The notes under the pieces were generated by a model, which worked only from the letters and a program-made list of their open reading frames with translations, ran no database searches and was not told the origin of the DNA. Positions 1 through 9,151 of a stretch of 64,000 nt of DNA are shown here, piece after piece. The translations under genes were made by a program, and so were the position numbers. The stretch comes from an uncultured Clostridium sp. (GTDB lineage Bacteria > Bacillota > Clostridia > TANB77 > CAG-508), in NCBI GenBank assembly GCA_900556975.1, contig USQZ01000003.1, positions 5,310-69,309 of the forward strand. The letters run 5' to 3'. Position 1 is the stretch's first letter, and every line of letters begins with the position of its first letter.

Positions 1-333
1 GTAATATTTTGAAATTGCATTGGGATTACCATATAATAATGCAATATATATTATTTCTAGCGTTAGATTGTCTAATTCCTTCGGATATAATGGTTCTGTT
101 GGTTCATCAGATGAGCTGTTCATTTGCTCTATTCTTTTTTCTCTAGCATCAAGAATATTTATTTCACCTTGCAGTTGATAAATGAATTCGTCTTTATCAA
201 ATTCATTTTTCATATTTTCTTCTTCTTTTTTTAATCTTTCTGCTTCCATTTGGGCTTTGCCCTTATTTAAAATTCTGTTTAAATTCTTCTCTAACTGTTT
301 GTACTGACTGTTTTCTTCTGTTATCACTTTCAT
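1..333 (-). CDS. hypothetical protein, N-terminal part only (gene runs off the left edge of the window)
   Basis: Minus-strand frame is open from 333 to base 1 (MKVITEENSQYKQLEKNLNRILNKGKAQMEAERLKKEEE...LEIIYIALLYGNPNAISKYY). GGAGG lies at 335-339. Start is either ATG 333 (very short spacing) or in-frame GTG 327. Missing from the ORF track because no stop lies inside the window. Confidence 0.45.
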   Translation of the reverse strand, partial: MKVITEENSQYKQLEKNLNRILNKGKAQMEAERLKKEEENMKNEFDKDEFIYQLQGEINILDAREKRIEQMNSSSDEPTEPLYPKELDNLTLEIIYIALLYGNPNAISKYY

Positions 334-352
334 ACCTCCTATCTTTTGTACT

Positions 353-1099
353 TTAATTATTATCTAAAAATCTTTTTGTTAATTGTTCTCTGCATTTTTC
401 TTCAAATTCGTCGTTCATTTTTGAAAGTTCTACATCTTCATTATATTTTCTTTTTAATGCATATTTTATTATGTGGTCTGCTATTTCTGGATTTTTTGAA
501 AGAAGTGGCCCATGCAAATATGTAGCAATTACATTTTTTCTCATGAATCCTTCCATTAAATCTCCAAATTTATTTCCATTTCCATATAGTACTGTTCCAA
601 AATTATCCTGTGTATCATATGTTTGTCCACCATGATTTTCGAATCCAATTACTTTAGTTTCTTTTCCGTCTATCATTGCTTCTATTACTATGTTTCCTAT
701 ACATCTTTTCTTTCTGTCTTCTATTGCTTCAGTATAATAATCAAATATTTCAAGTCCTGGAATTATGTTTCCTTCAACCCCTTTGTAGTATTTTCCAAAT
801 AATTGGTATGAGCCGCATATTAGTAAGAAGAAGACTCCTTCATCAACAGCTTTTTTTATTTGATCTTTATACTTAATTAAGTCTTCTGATAATATTTTTT
901 GTTCATTGTCTGCGCCACCACCTGAAAACACAATATCATATGATGAAAAATCTGGTGCTTCATCGTCTATTGAATATGTGTCTACAGTGCATTTTATGCC
1001 ACGTTGTTCTATTCTGTATTTTAATACTTTAATATTTCCTATATCTCCATATAAATCTAATATATCTGGATATAGGTACAATATTTTAATCTCTTTCAT
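353..1099 (-). CDS. gatD: lipid II isoglutaminyl synthase, glutamine amidotransferase subunit GatD (CobQ/CobB-type GATase)
   Basis: Has the GATase nucleophile context LLICGSYQLFG and the C-terminal YLHGPLL histidine. Overlaps the upstream murT stop, which is the classic murT-gatD pairing. ATG at 1099 follows GAGGGA; the ORF track extends to a GTG at 1111. Confidence 0.8.
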   Translation of the reverse strand: MKEIKILYLYPDILDLYGDIGNIKVLKYRIEQRGIKCTVDTYSIDDEAPDFSSYDIVFSGGGADNEQKILSEDLIKYKDQIKKAVDEGVFFLLICGSYQLFGKYYKGVEGNIIPGLEIFDYYTEAIEDRKKRCIGNIVIEAMIDGKETKVIGFENHGGQTYDTQDNFGTVLYGNGNKFGDLMEGFMRKNVIATYLHGPLLSKNPEIADHIIKYALKRKYNEDVELSKMNDEFEEKCREQLTKRFLDNN

Positions 1100-2432
1100 G
1101 GTTTCCCTCACTTTTTTCTTTGAATTTTATTAATTCATGTCTTGTTGGTTGTACTGATGTATAGTTTGTTATTACGTATTTTTTTCCTTGTGTTTCATAT
1201 AAGTGATTAACTGCTTCTTCTATTGTTGTACAAGGTATAATTTTTTCTGCTGGGTATCCACTAACCTTTATTCTTATTGCTATATCATATGGTCTTGTCC
1301 CTGCTGTTATTATTCTGTCAACATTTTCTAAATCTTCAAAATTTATATCCCAAATCCATGATACGTCTTTACCGTCTGCTATATTATCATTTAGTACAAA
1401 TAATAATTCTTTGTTATTCTTATCTTCTTTTAATAAACGTAAGCTAACGTTTGCACCTGTAGGATTTTTTGCAAGATTTATTATTGTTTCACAATTGTTT
1501 ATTTCCATTTTTTCTAGTCTTCCGTTATTAAGTACGAATTTTTCAATTGTTTCTTTTACTGATTTTTCTTTAATTTTAAATAATTTAGCTACTGTTGTTG
1601 CAGCTGCAATATTGTAAATTGCATAAATATTATTAAATTGTGTTTTGTATTCTTGATCATTAATTTTAAATGTTTTGTTTTCTAAATCTACATCTGTTAT
1701 TTCGTTATATATCTCATTTTCTCCATAGTTGCACTTTGGACATTTGAATTTTCCGATATGGGCATATTGATAATATTCATATTGCAAACGTGTATTGCAG
1801 AAAGGGCAGAACTTTCCTTCGCCTGCTTCTTTTAACTCATTTGTAGCATATTTGTATTTATCAACTCTGAAATAATAAACGTTTTTATTGTTTTTATTTG
1901 CTTTTCCTAGTCTGCTTACATTTGGATCGTCTGCATTTAATACTAACTTTCCTTTATATTTTTCTAGGAATTTTTTATTTTTTAGTATAATAGTTTCAAC
2001 TTCGCCAGCTCTATCTAATTGATCTCTAAAGAAATCTAGTATTACTAAGCAATCTAAAGGAATCATTTTATATAAGATTGGAACATAACTTTCGTCTGTT
2101 TCAAATACAAAATAATCCGCCTTAACTTTTCCTGATAATGTACAATTTTTTATTAAAACTGATAATATTCCTGTTTCCATGTTGTTTCCTTCAGCATTTG
2201 TTATTATTGTTTTTCCACTATCAGTAAGAATTTTACCTATCATGTTGTTTGTCATTGTTTTTCCGTTAGTTCCTGTTGTCGCTATTACTTTTCCTTCAAG
2301 TTTCAAATATTTAAATATATTTGGATTTAACTTGTATGCAACTTTTCCTGGTAAATTTCCACCTTTTTTTCCAAATACTTTTAATATTATACAAATTATT
2401 TTAGTTATTAATATTGTAAAAAAATTTCTCAT
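1086..2432 (-). CDS. murT: lipid II isoglutaminyl synthase, Mur-ligase-like subunit MurT
   Basis: Mur ligase P-loop TGTNGKTMT. Cys4 ribbon CPFCNTRL...KCPKCNY typical of MurT. C-terminal DUF1727-like region. Followed by gatD. Confidence 0.85.
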   Translation of the reverse strand: MRNFFTILITKIICIILKVFGKKGGNLPGKVAYKLNPNIFKYLKLEGKVIATTGTNGKTMTNNMIGKILTDSGKTIITNAEGNNMETGILSVLIKNCTLSGKVKADYFVFETDESYVPILYKMIPLDCLVILDFFRDQLDRAGEVETIILKNKKFLEKYKGKLVLNADDPNVSRLGKANKNNKNVYYFRVDKYKYATNELKEAGEGKFCPFCNTRLQYEYYQYAHIGKFKCPKCNYGENEIYNEITDVDLENKTFKINDQEYKTQFNNIYAIYNIAAATTVAKLFKIKEKSVKETIEKFVLNNGRLEKMEINNCETIINLAKNPTGANVSLRLLKEDKNNKELLFVLNDNIADGKDVSWIWDINFEDLENVDRIITAGTRPYDIAIRIKVSGYPAEKIIPCTTIEEAVNHLYETQGKKYVITNYTSVQPTRHELIKFKEKSEGNHERD

Positions 2433-2479
2433 TTATTTTCCTCTTATATTATTATATATATTTTTCAAATTACTATTAA

Positions 2480-2508
2480 ATTATATTTCTAATGTCTTTT
2501 CATGTCAA
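2480..2508 (-). promoter_or_regulatory. sigma-A-type promoter for murT-gatD
   Basis: Minus strand reads TTGACA (2508-2503), a 17-nt spacer, then TATAAT (2485-2480), about 50 nt upstream of the murT start. Confidence 0.6.
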
Positions 2509-2660
2509 TGGAAACAACGGTTTTAAATTTATCTTTGTGATAGATTTTTGTATTGAATTTTCTGCAATCAGTTTTTATAAGGAATTGTATGTTATCAAGA
2601 AAAGTTAAAACGGATTACATTGTTATTATTGTAGAAAAGCTTTATATTTTACCTATAATA

Positions 2661-2742
2661 GAACAAAAGCGGACTATTTATAACATTTTTAAGTCCGCAT
2701 CTTTTGTTCATGTGCTAAATTTGTTTTACAAATTCTGTGCAT
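2661..2742. repeat. intergenic two-hairpin repeat, family A, copy 1
   Basis: gaacaaaagcggac...gtccgcatcttttgttc hairpin followed by an aatttgt-ttt-acaaatt hairpin. Homologous to 30711-30810 and 51815-51913. Confidence 0.75.
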
Positions 2743-2757
2743 TTTTTTAATCTTATT

Positions 2758-3342
2758 TTACAATTGCATTAGTATTGGCTGAATTTGCTTTCCTTCTAAA
2801 GCAAGTTCCAATGTTGGAATTATATATTCACTGTCAAATACAACTGAGCGTGGCTTAGTTATCGGATTATCTTGTTTAAATGGTACAAAATAATAATTTC
2901 TCATATTTAGTAATTTTGCTATATTCATTGCATTTCCACTTAATCCATTATTTGTTGATGGTGCAATTACAAGTGGATTCTCGTTTCTTAAATGCGATTT
3001 TGCAGCCATCACTGCTGGTGTATCTATTATATCATTTGCTAATTTTGCCATTGTATTTCCTGATGCTGGAGCTATTATCATTATATCTGTTAAATGTTTA
3101 GGTCCAATTGGCTCTGCACCTTGAATTGTGTTTATAATTTTATGTCCTGTTATTTCTTCAATTTCTTTTATAAAATCTTCTGCTTTTCCAAATTTCGTAT
3201 CTAAATTATATGAGTTATATGACATTATTGGAATTATCTCAGCTTTTTGTTTAGCTATTTTTTTTAGTTGTTCTATACTTTTCTTAAATGTACAAAATGA
3301 TCCTGTAAATACATAACCTATTTTTTTGCCTTCTAGTATCAC
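2758..3342 (-). CDS. dpaB: dipicolinate synthase subunit B-like flavoprotein (DpaB/SpoVFB family)
   Basis: 194 aa. The flavoprotein-fold N-terminus GKKIGYVFTGSFCTF and ...IAPASGNTMAKLANDI... match the DpaB pattern. GTG start with AAGGAGGT upstream. Confidence 0.65.
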   Translation of the reverse strand: MILEGKKIGYVFTGSFCTFKKSIEQLKKIAKQKAEIIPIMSYNSYNLDTKFGKAEDFIKEIEEITGHKIINTIQGAEPIGPKHLTDIMIIAPASGNTMAKLANDIIDTPAVMAAKSHLRNENPLVIAPSTNNGLSGNAMNIAKLLNMRNYYFVPFKQDNPITKPRSVVFDSEYIIPTLELALEGKQIQPILMQL

Positions 3343-3433
3343 ATGGTGACCTCCTTTTTTACGGATTTTTCTTCTCCGTTTAATATATTTTATGAAATTA
3401 TGTAAATCTTTGATATATTATTTGCAAAAAACA

Positions 3434-3462
3434 TTGATTTTTAAAGGTTTCCCTTGTATAAT
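3434..3462 (+). promoter_or_regulatory. sigma-A-type promoter for the PhoH-like gene
   Basis: TTGATT (3434-3439), 17-nt spacer, TATAAT (3457-3462). Confidence 0.55.
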
Positions 3463-3536
3463 ATTTATGTAACCCAATTGAATTGTATTTCTAATTACTA
3501 AGAAATACTTATGCATCTATGAAAGGAGTTTTCATT

Positions 3537-4904
3537 ATGAAGAAGACATTTGTGTTACTTACTGAGGCAACATTGTCGTCTGAAAAAGCCACTCTTAACT
3601 TTGGTTCTGATAACGACATTGTCGTTCCGTTAGCTGTCGTTGAGAGGATTTACCGGTACGATAAGTCACCAGAGAAGGCTAAAATAGCCAGCAAGTTTGT
3701 TGACTACATTTCTACATTCTCTATGAAGGATTTGCTTTCTTCGAAAGGAGTTAAGCAGAGCAACGGCTCTTCTTTGAGAATCGTGGACTGCGAAACAATT
3801 TCTCCGGAGGTAAACTCACTTCACAACATGACTGAGCTTTACAAGAGAGCCTTTCAGGTTTGCTTGGATCTGGCTAAGTCAAGCAAGTACCCAGTAGTCT
3901 TGATTTCACAGAATCCGTCTGTACGTTTAAAGGCAGAAAAACTTGGTATCAAATCACAGGAATTTAAGGACGAGATTTTTCCTCTTCCTCGTGATCAGTA
4001 CAAAGGTCGTGCAGAAGTGTTTGCAGCGAAATCAGCCATCGACAAATTGTATGCCGACAGATCTCTGTCGATCAATGCAATTTATCAGTACAATAATATT
4101 GCATGGCATGAGAACATGTTTGTTACGATTTCGTCAGAAGGCTCTTCCACTATTGCAAGATATACAGATGGTAAGCTTGTACCGTTGATGTATCAGGACA
4201 ACAAAGCGTTTAAACCAGATAACGCTGAACAGAAAATGTTCATGGAATGTCTGCTCGCACCTCCTGACATTGCACCTTTGGTTATTGTTAAAGGCGGAGC
4301 TGGTACAGGAAAGACTTACTGTGCTTTGGCTGCAGCGTTGCATTCTCTTGCTTCATATGGCCCTGTGAGTACCTATGAGCAGATTCTTGTTGGTGCTCCT
4401 ACTGTTACTATCGACGAAGATTTAGGTTATCTTCCTGGTGACATCAATGATAAGGTTAGTCCTTACATTAATGGTGTGCAGAATAACCTCATTGAAATCT
4501 TCAAGCAGAATGGTGAGAACATTACAGGCGGAAAGGAAAAAGTAACCAAGAAAGAGTGTAAGGAAACTGTTAATATGCTGTTTGAAAAAAGTCTCATTGA
4601 GATTCAGGCGATAGGTTTTCTTCGTGGTTCTTCTATCGCGAACACTTTCTACTTCCTTGACGAAGTGCAGAACATCAAGCCAGAAATTATGAAGGACATC
4701 ATTACTCGTTTGGCAAGAGGTTCTAAGCTTGTTTTGGCAGGTGACCCAACACAGGTAAATACTCCTGGCCTTAATGAAAGACGTAACGGCCTGGTGTATG
4801 CATCTGAAAAGTTCAAAGACATTAGCAGATGCTGGCAGATTGAGCTTGACAGTAAGAAAACAGTAAGATCAGAGCTGGCTATGATTGCACAGGAGATTCT
4901 GTAG
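3537..4904 (+). CDS. PhoH-family ATPase with PIN-like N-terminal domain (YlaK/PhoH2 architecture)
   Basis: Walker A GGAGTGKTYCALAAAL, Walker B FYFLDEVQN, then LAGDPTQ. The N-terminal roughly 130 aa has PIN-like topology. ATG 3537 follows AAAGGAG. G+C is clearly above the flanks. Confidence 0.8.
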   Translation: MKKTFVLLTEATLSSEKATLNFGSDNDIVVPLAVVERIYRYDKSPEKAKIASKFVDYISTFSMKDLLSSKGVKQSNGSSLRIVDCETISPEVNSLHNMTELYKRAFQVCLDLAKSSKYPVVLISQNPSVRLKAEKLGIKSQEFKDEIFPLPRDQYKGRAEVFAAKSAIDKLYADRSLSINAIYQYNNIAWHENMFVTISSEGSSTIARYTDGKLVPLMYQDNKAFKPDNAEQKMFMECLLAPPDIAPLVIVKGGAGTGKTYCALAAALHSLASYGPVSTYEQILVGAPTVTIDEDLGYLPGDINDKVSPYINGVQNNLIEIFKQNGENITGGKEKVTKKECKETVNMLFEKSLIEIQAIGFLRGSSIANTFYFLDEVQNIKPEIMKDIITRLARGSKLVLAGDPTQVNTPGLNERRNGLVYASEKFKDISRCWQIELDSKKTVRSELAMIAQEIL

Positions 4905-4954
4905 AGCAATGTAGCTTGCAATGTAACAAAATGTAACTCGTAAACTCTAATAAC

Positions 4955-4991
4955 AAAGAGATCCAAGTTGTAATATGACTTGGATCTCTTT
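4955..4991 (+). terminator. hairpin terminator after the PhoH-like gene
   Basis: Perfect 14-bp stem aaagagatccaagt / acttggatctcttt with a 9-nt loop. The downstream T-run is weak. Confidence 0.6.
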
Positions 4992-5058
4992 GCTTATGTA
5001 ATTTTAATTTATTATAAATAATAAAACCCTTTAATTTATGTTCTCATTAATATTTGTG

Positions 5059-6795
5059 CTAGCGTGCTAATCCATCGTATTCCCAAGAATTTAACCATTC
5101 TGTCTTTTGAATATATTCAATACTAACAGGTTTTCCCGAATATATAGGATAAAAATAAATAAATGTTCCTAAGAAAATTAGTGCTAGTATAGGCATTATA
5201 TAATCTATTTTTTCATTTAATTTTGCTAGTCTGCTTATCATAAATGGAATTGTAAGTATCATAAATGGTAATGTTATAAAATAGTGGTATATAAACATTA
5301 TTCTTCCAATAAGGGCATATGTAAACCATGTGATTGCTATCATTACGAACAAAATTGCTCCTTCTCTATCTTTTTTAATTATAGTATAAATTAATGTAAA
5401 TATTGCTGTAACTATTGATAGCCACCATATTGCTGGATTTCCCATGCACGCGATTGTTCCTACTTTTCCATCATCAAATCTTGAAATATAAAACCATAAT
5501 GGTCTTTTCATAACTGGCCATTCATACCATTTACTTGTATATGGATGATCAGCATTTAAAGTTGAATGATATTTATACATTGCTTGTTGATATTTTATAA
5601 ATGATTTTACGTCTGTTATCTGCACATATTCGCAAATCTTTTCTCCATTTTTATCTTCATGTTCATAGTATAGTTTTGCGTTTGGATTCATCATAATTGG
5701 TATGTATGACGCAACATATATAGTTAGTGGAATAATTACAAATGATAATATTGACCAAAGGATTAATTTTATATCAAATCTTTTTGATTTTATCATCTTA
5801 GCTAAATATATTATTCCCATTCCTGCACCTACAAATGCTGATGTCCATTTTGTTGCCATTGCCATTCCCCAGAATGTTCCTGATAATAACAGTGGTAATC
5901 TTTTCTTTTTCCAATCTTCTTCGGCGGGTATTTTTAAAAATCTTAGGAAAAAGTAGAAAGATGTTAAGCAAAATAGTAGCAATAAACTATCTACAGTACC
6001 TATTCTAGTTTGAACAAAGTGCATTCCATCTAATGCTATTATCAATGCTGAAAATAAAGCATATCTATCTCTTTTAAATAATTGTTTAGCTATTAGGTAG
6101 ATTACTAATATCATTAATATTCCTGCAATATTTCCACATAATCTATATGCAAACGGTGTTAAGCCTAAAAAATGAACTGGAATTGAGATTATTAATTTTC
6201 CTAATGGTGGGTGTGTGTACTCATAAATTGGTAATTTGTTTAATATTTCATATGATGTTCTTGGGAAATATACTTCGTCAAAGTATGTACTATTCATGTA
6301 TGAATATTCTTCTGGTACTAAACTTTGTTCATCTAATAGTTCTTTTCCCTTTTCGTCCATTGCTGTTATTGGTATTTCTTTACCGCTTTCATCATATATT
6401 TTTATTTCTCCTAAAGCTGTTGTGTTTACATTTGATTCAAACATTATATATTTATAATCGCATGATTTAGAATTAAAATATATTTCATTCCATTTAAAAA
6501 GGTTTGCATAGTTTATTTCAAAATATGTATCATACTCATATTGGTCATATGTCTTGTATTCATTTACAAAGAATATTGATACATTTGATTCATCGTTTGC
6601 TGAGTATATCATCATTTTTTTAGGAATCTGATCTGAATCTATTCTAAATGTTAATTGTTCGTTGTCCTTTAAATTAACATATGTTTGTGGATTTTTTGTG
6701 TTTCCTAATTTGTAGAAAGATATAATTGTATATGCTACTAAAATTATTATTAATGCTACTGTTGCTGGTTTAATTTTTTTCATCTTTTCCCTCAT
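5059..6795 (-). CDS. GT39/PMT-family phospholipid-carrier-dependent glycosyltransferase
   Basis: Loop-1 motifs FDEVYF and YTHPPLGK, many TM segments, and a C-terminal HPYTSKWYEWP motif typical of PMT-type GT-C enzymes. A second ATG at 6783 has the better RBS. Confidence 0.75.
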   Translation of the reverse strand: MREKMKKIKPATVALIIILVAYTIISFYKLGNTKNPQTYVNLKDNEQLTFRIDSDQIPKKMMIYSANDESNVSIFFVNEYKTYDQYEYDTYFEINYANLFKWNEIYFNSKSCDYKYIMFESNVNTTALGEIKIYDESGKEIPITAMDEKGKELLDEQSLVPEEYSYMNSTYFDEVYFPRTSYEILNKLPIYEYTHPPLGKLIISIPVHFLGLTPFAYRLCGNIAGILMILVIYLIAKQLFKRDRYALFSALIIALDGMHFVQTRIGTVDSLLLLFCLTSFYFFLRFLKIPAEEDWKKKRLPLLLSGTFWGMAMATKWTSAFVGAGMGIIYLAKMIKSKRFDIKLILWSILSFVIIPLTIYVASYIPIMMNPNAKLYYEHEDKNGEKICEYVQITDVKSFIKYQQAMYKYHSTLNADHPYTSKWYEWPVMKRPLWFYISRFDDGKVGTIACMGNPAIWWLSIVTAIFTLIYTIIKKDREGAILFVMIAITWFTYALIGRIMFIYHYFITLPFMILTIPFMISRLAKLNEKIDYIMPILALIFLGTFIYFYPIYSGKPVSIEYIQKTEWLNSWEYDGLAR

Positions 6796-6870
6796 TTTTA
6801 TTATTGACTAAAAGGGCGTTATAATATTTTTATATAACGTCCTTTTTCTTAATAATATTTATCTAACTTT

Positions 6871-8439
6871 TTATTTTAATTTTCTTCTTGTTAGCCATAC
6901 GCACATTCCTAAAACAATTATTGCTACTGGTATTACATATATTATAACTCTAACAATTGTGTCTTCTCTATCTGTTGGTGTGTATTTAGTGTATGATGAT
7001 GATTTTCTGATTGAATATAATTCACCTCTATTTGATGCAAATGCAAATGAGTTCATAATTATGTTTGCGTTGTATGCTACCATTGGTGTTTGATTATCTA
7101 ATGCATTATCAGAGAATGAAGATGTTGAAGCAAATACAACTAATCTTGATTCATCTCCTGATTCAACCATTTTTTGAATTGCTGCTCCTATTGTGTAATA
7201 GTTGCCTGAATTTTCTTCTGTTGTTTTAGTTGCTAAATCTGACACTGTAGCTTGTGTTGATGTCATTAATATTGATGTTGCTGTTATGTTGTCTTCTAAC
7301 ATTTTATTTGAATCCATTTCAATAATTCCAGATGCTAAGAATAATGGCTTTACACTAGCTCCATTTTGATTTGTTCCAGATGCATCATAATTATATAGTA
7401 ATCTTGTTATTTCATGATCTGAAGCAATATTGGCTTGGAATACTAAATTGTTATAGCCTGATACTTTGTTTTTGTCTGAATTTTCTTGAACAACTTTGTT
7501 AGGCATTGATATATCATATTCATCTAATATTCTTTGGAAATTTGGATAATCTCTATTAACATTTGAATAGTCTATATCGTTTGTTATTATTAAATCTCCG
7601 CCTTTTTCAATATACTTACAAATGTTGTCTGCTTCTTGGCTTGTGAAATCAGATGATAGTCCCATTATTGCTAATACATCGCAATCGTCTGGTATTGTTG
7701 CGTCTGCCATAATATTTATTGTTCCAACTTCATAATATTCATTTCCTAGGTATTGTGTTAGGTAATAAATTCCGCTTTCAGTTGTGTAATTTGTTCTGCC
7801 TTCAACAAAATAAACTTTTGTCTCTTTTGTTGCTGCTAAATTATTTATTGCATTTGTTATTTTTTGTTCTGTTAAATCAACTACATTATAGCTATCATCA
7901 TATGTATAAAGGTCTGTTCCACTAATATATGATATTCTTCCATCTGATGCAACACCTACAACTTCTTGATATCCGCTTTCAAAACCATACTTACTTATTT
8001 CTTCTGCATCGTCTGTTGTAACAAGTTTATATGAGATTTTATTATTTTCTGTATTATATTGTTTTAAAAGGTCTATTATCTCGTCTGATTCCGAATATCC
8101 CCATACATAGAATGTCATTTCTTTATCTATTGTTCTAACAATATTTTTTGATTGATCTGTTAATGTATATCTTTTATCTTTAGTTAAATCTATTTGAGCT
8201 AAGTTAATTTGCCTTACTCCTAAATTTATAACTACATATACAGCAATCAAAATTGCAACAAGTAATATCATTCTACTTGTATCTTTTATGCATAATTCTT
8301 TTACTTTTCCGAAAAATGAAGCAATGTGTTCTTTTGGAGTTTTTTTACTTTTTTCTTTTTCTACTTTCTTTTCTTGCTTTGCTTTTTCTCGATTCATTTT
8401 CTTTAAAATCTTCTTGTTTTCTTTCTCTTTATTATCCAT
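6871..8439 (-). CDS. GldG-like auxiliary protein of an ABC-2 transporter
   Basis: K/E-rich N-terminus, an N-terminal TM, a large extracytoplasmic domain and a C-terminal TM (IIYVIPVAIIVLGMCVWLTRRK). Sits directly after the ABC ATPase and ABC-2 permease genes. Confidence 0.6.
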   Translation of the reverse strand: MDNKEKENKKILKKMNREKAKQEKKVEKEKSKKTPKEHIASFFGKVKELCIKDTSRMILLVAILIAVYVVINLGVRQINLAQIDLTKDKRYTLTDQSKNIVRTIDKEMTFYVWGYSESDEIIDLLKQYNTENNKISYKLVTTDDAEEISKYGFESGYQEVVGVASDGRISYISGTDLYTYDDSYNVVDLTEQKITNAINNLAATKETKVYFVEGRTNYTTESGIYYLTQYLGNEYYEVGTINIMADATIPDDCDVLAIMGLSSDFTSQEADNICKYIEKGGDLIITNDIDYSNVNRDYPNFQRILDEYDISMPNKVVQENSDKNKVSGYNNLVFQANIASDHEITRLLYNYDASGTNQNGASVKPLFLASGIIEMDSNKMLEDNITATSILMTSTQATVSDLATKTTEENSGNYYTIGAAIQKMVESGDESRLVVFASTSSFSDNALDNQTPMVAYNANIIMNSFAFASNRGELYSIRKSSSYTKYTPTDREDTIVRVIIYVIPVAIIVLGMCVWLTRRKLK

Positions 8440-8470
8440 TTTTTATTTTCCTTTCTAAGATATTATTTCG

Positions 8471-9151
8471 TTATTTAACGCTTTTACGTCTTTGCAATAC
8501 TATGATTGTTAAGAATACAAATAATAGAATAAATGTTACATACCCTACTACTTCTTTTAATGAAATAATTCCTTGTGGAAATTTTTGATACATTTGAACT
8601 AATGAAAACATTTCTATAACACCTTGATAATTTTGTAAAAATGATATTATCAAGAAAAATCCAATTGATACAACTGCTGCTATTACTTGATTTTCTGTGA
8701 TTGATGATGCAAACATACCAAAAGATATGTAAGACATTGCAAGTAGTAAAAATCCTAGCATTGCAACTAAAGGTTCTGTTAAATTAACATATCCGAAATG
8801 TCTTAATATTCCATAATATACAAACATGAATAACATTCCTATTACAACAACTAATGATGCTGCAAAAAATTTACCAAATACTATGCATGTTATACTTTTA
8901 GGAGAAGTCATTAATAATTGGTCTGTCCCTGTTTTCTTCTCTTCTGCAAACATTCTCATTGTTAATACGGGAATTATGAATGCAAGTACTACTGTGCTGT
9001 CCCATATAATATATTCAAAATTTAAATAACCTGATGCGAATGTATATGTGTAAAATATAAAGCTAACTACAGCAAGGAAAAGTCCTATAAATATGTAACC
9101 TATAGGTGTAAAGAAATAGCTTTTTAATTCTTTTTTTATTATTGCTAACAT
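8471..9151 (-). CDS. ABC-2 family transporter permease (GldF-like)
   Basis: 226-aa polytopic membrane protein. Its start overlaps the stop of the ATPase gene. Confidence 0.7.
   Translation of the reverse strand: MLAIIKKELKSYFFTPIGYIFIGLFLAVVSFIFYTYTFASGYLNFEYIIWDSTVVLAFIIPVLTMRMFAEEKKTGTDQLLMTSPKSITCIVFGKFFAASLVVVIGMLFMFVYYGILRHFGYVNLTEPLVAMLGFLLLAMSYISFGMFASSITENQVIAAVVSIGFFLIISFLQNYQGVIEMFSLVQMYQKFPQGIISLKEVVGYVTFILLFVFLTIIVLQRRKSVK

Noticed and set aside
2497-2520. Sequence similarity between 2497-2520 and 62303-62325 (gtcaatggaaa.a.cg)
   Set aside because: It is explained by both being consensus -35 regions (tttccaTTGACA on the minus strand) of strong promoters with 17-nt spacers. It is not a separate repeat family.
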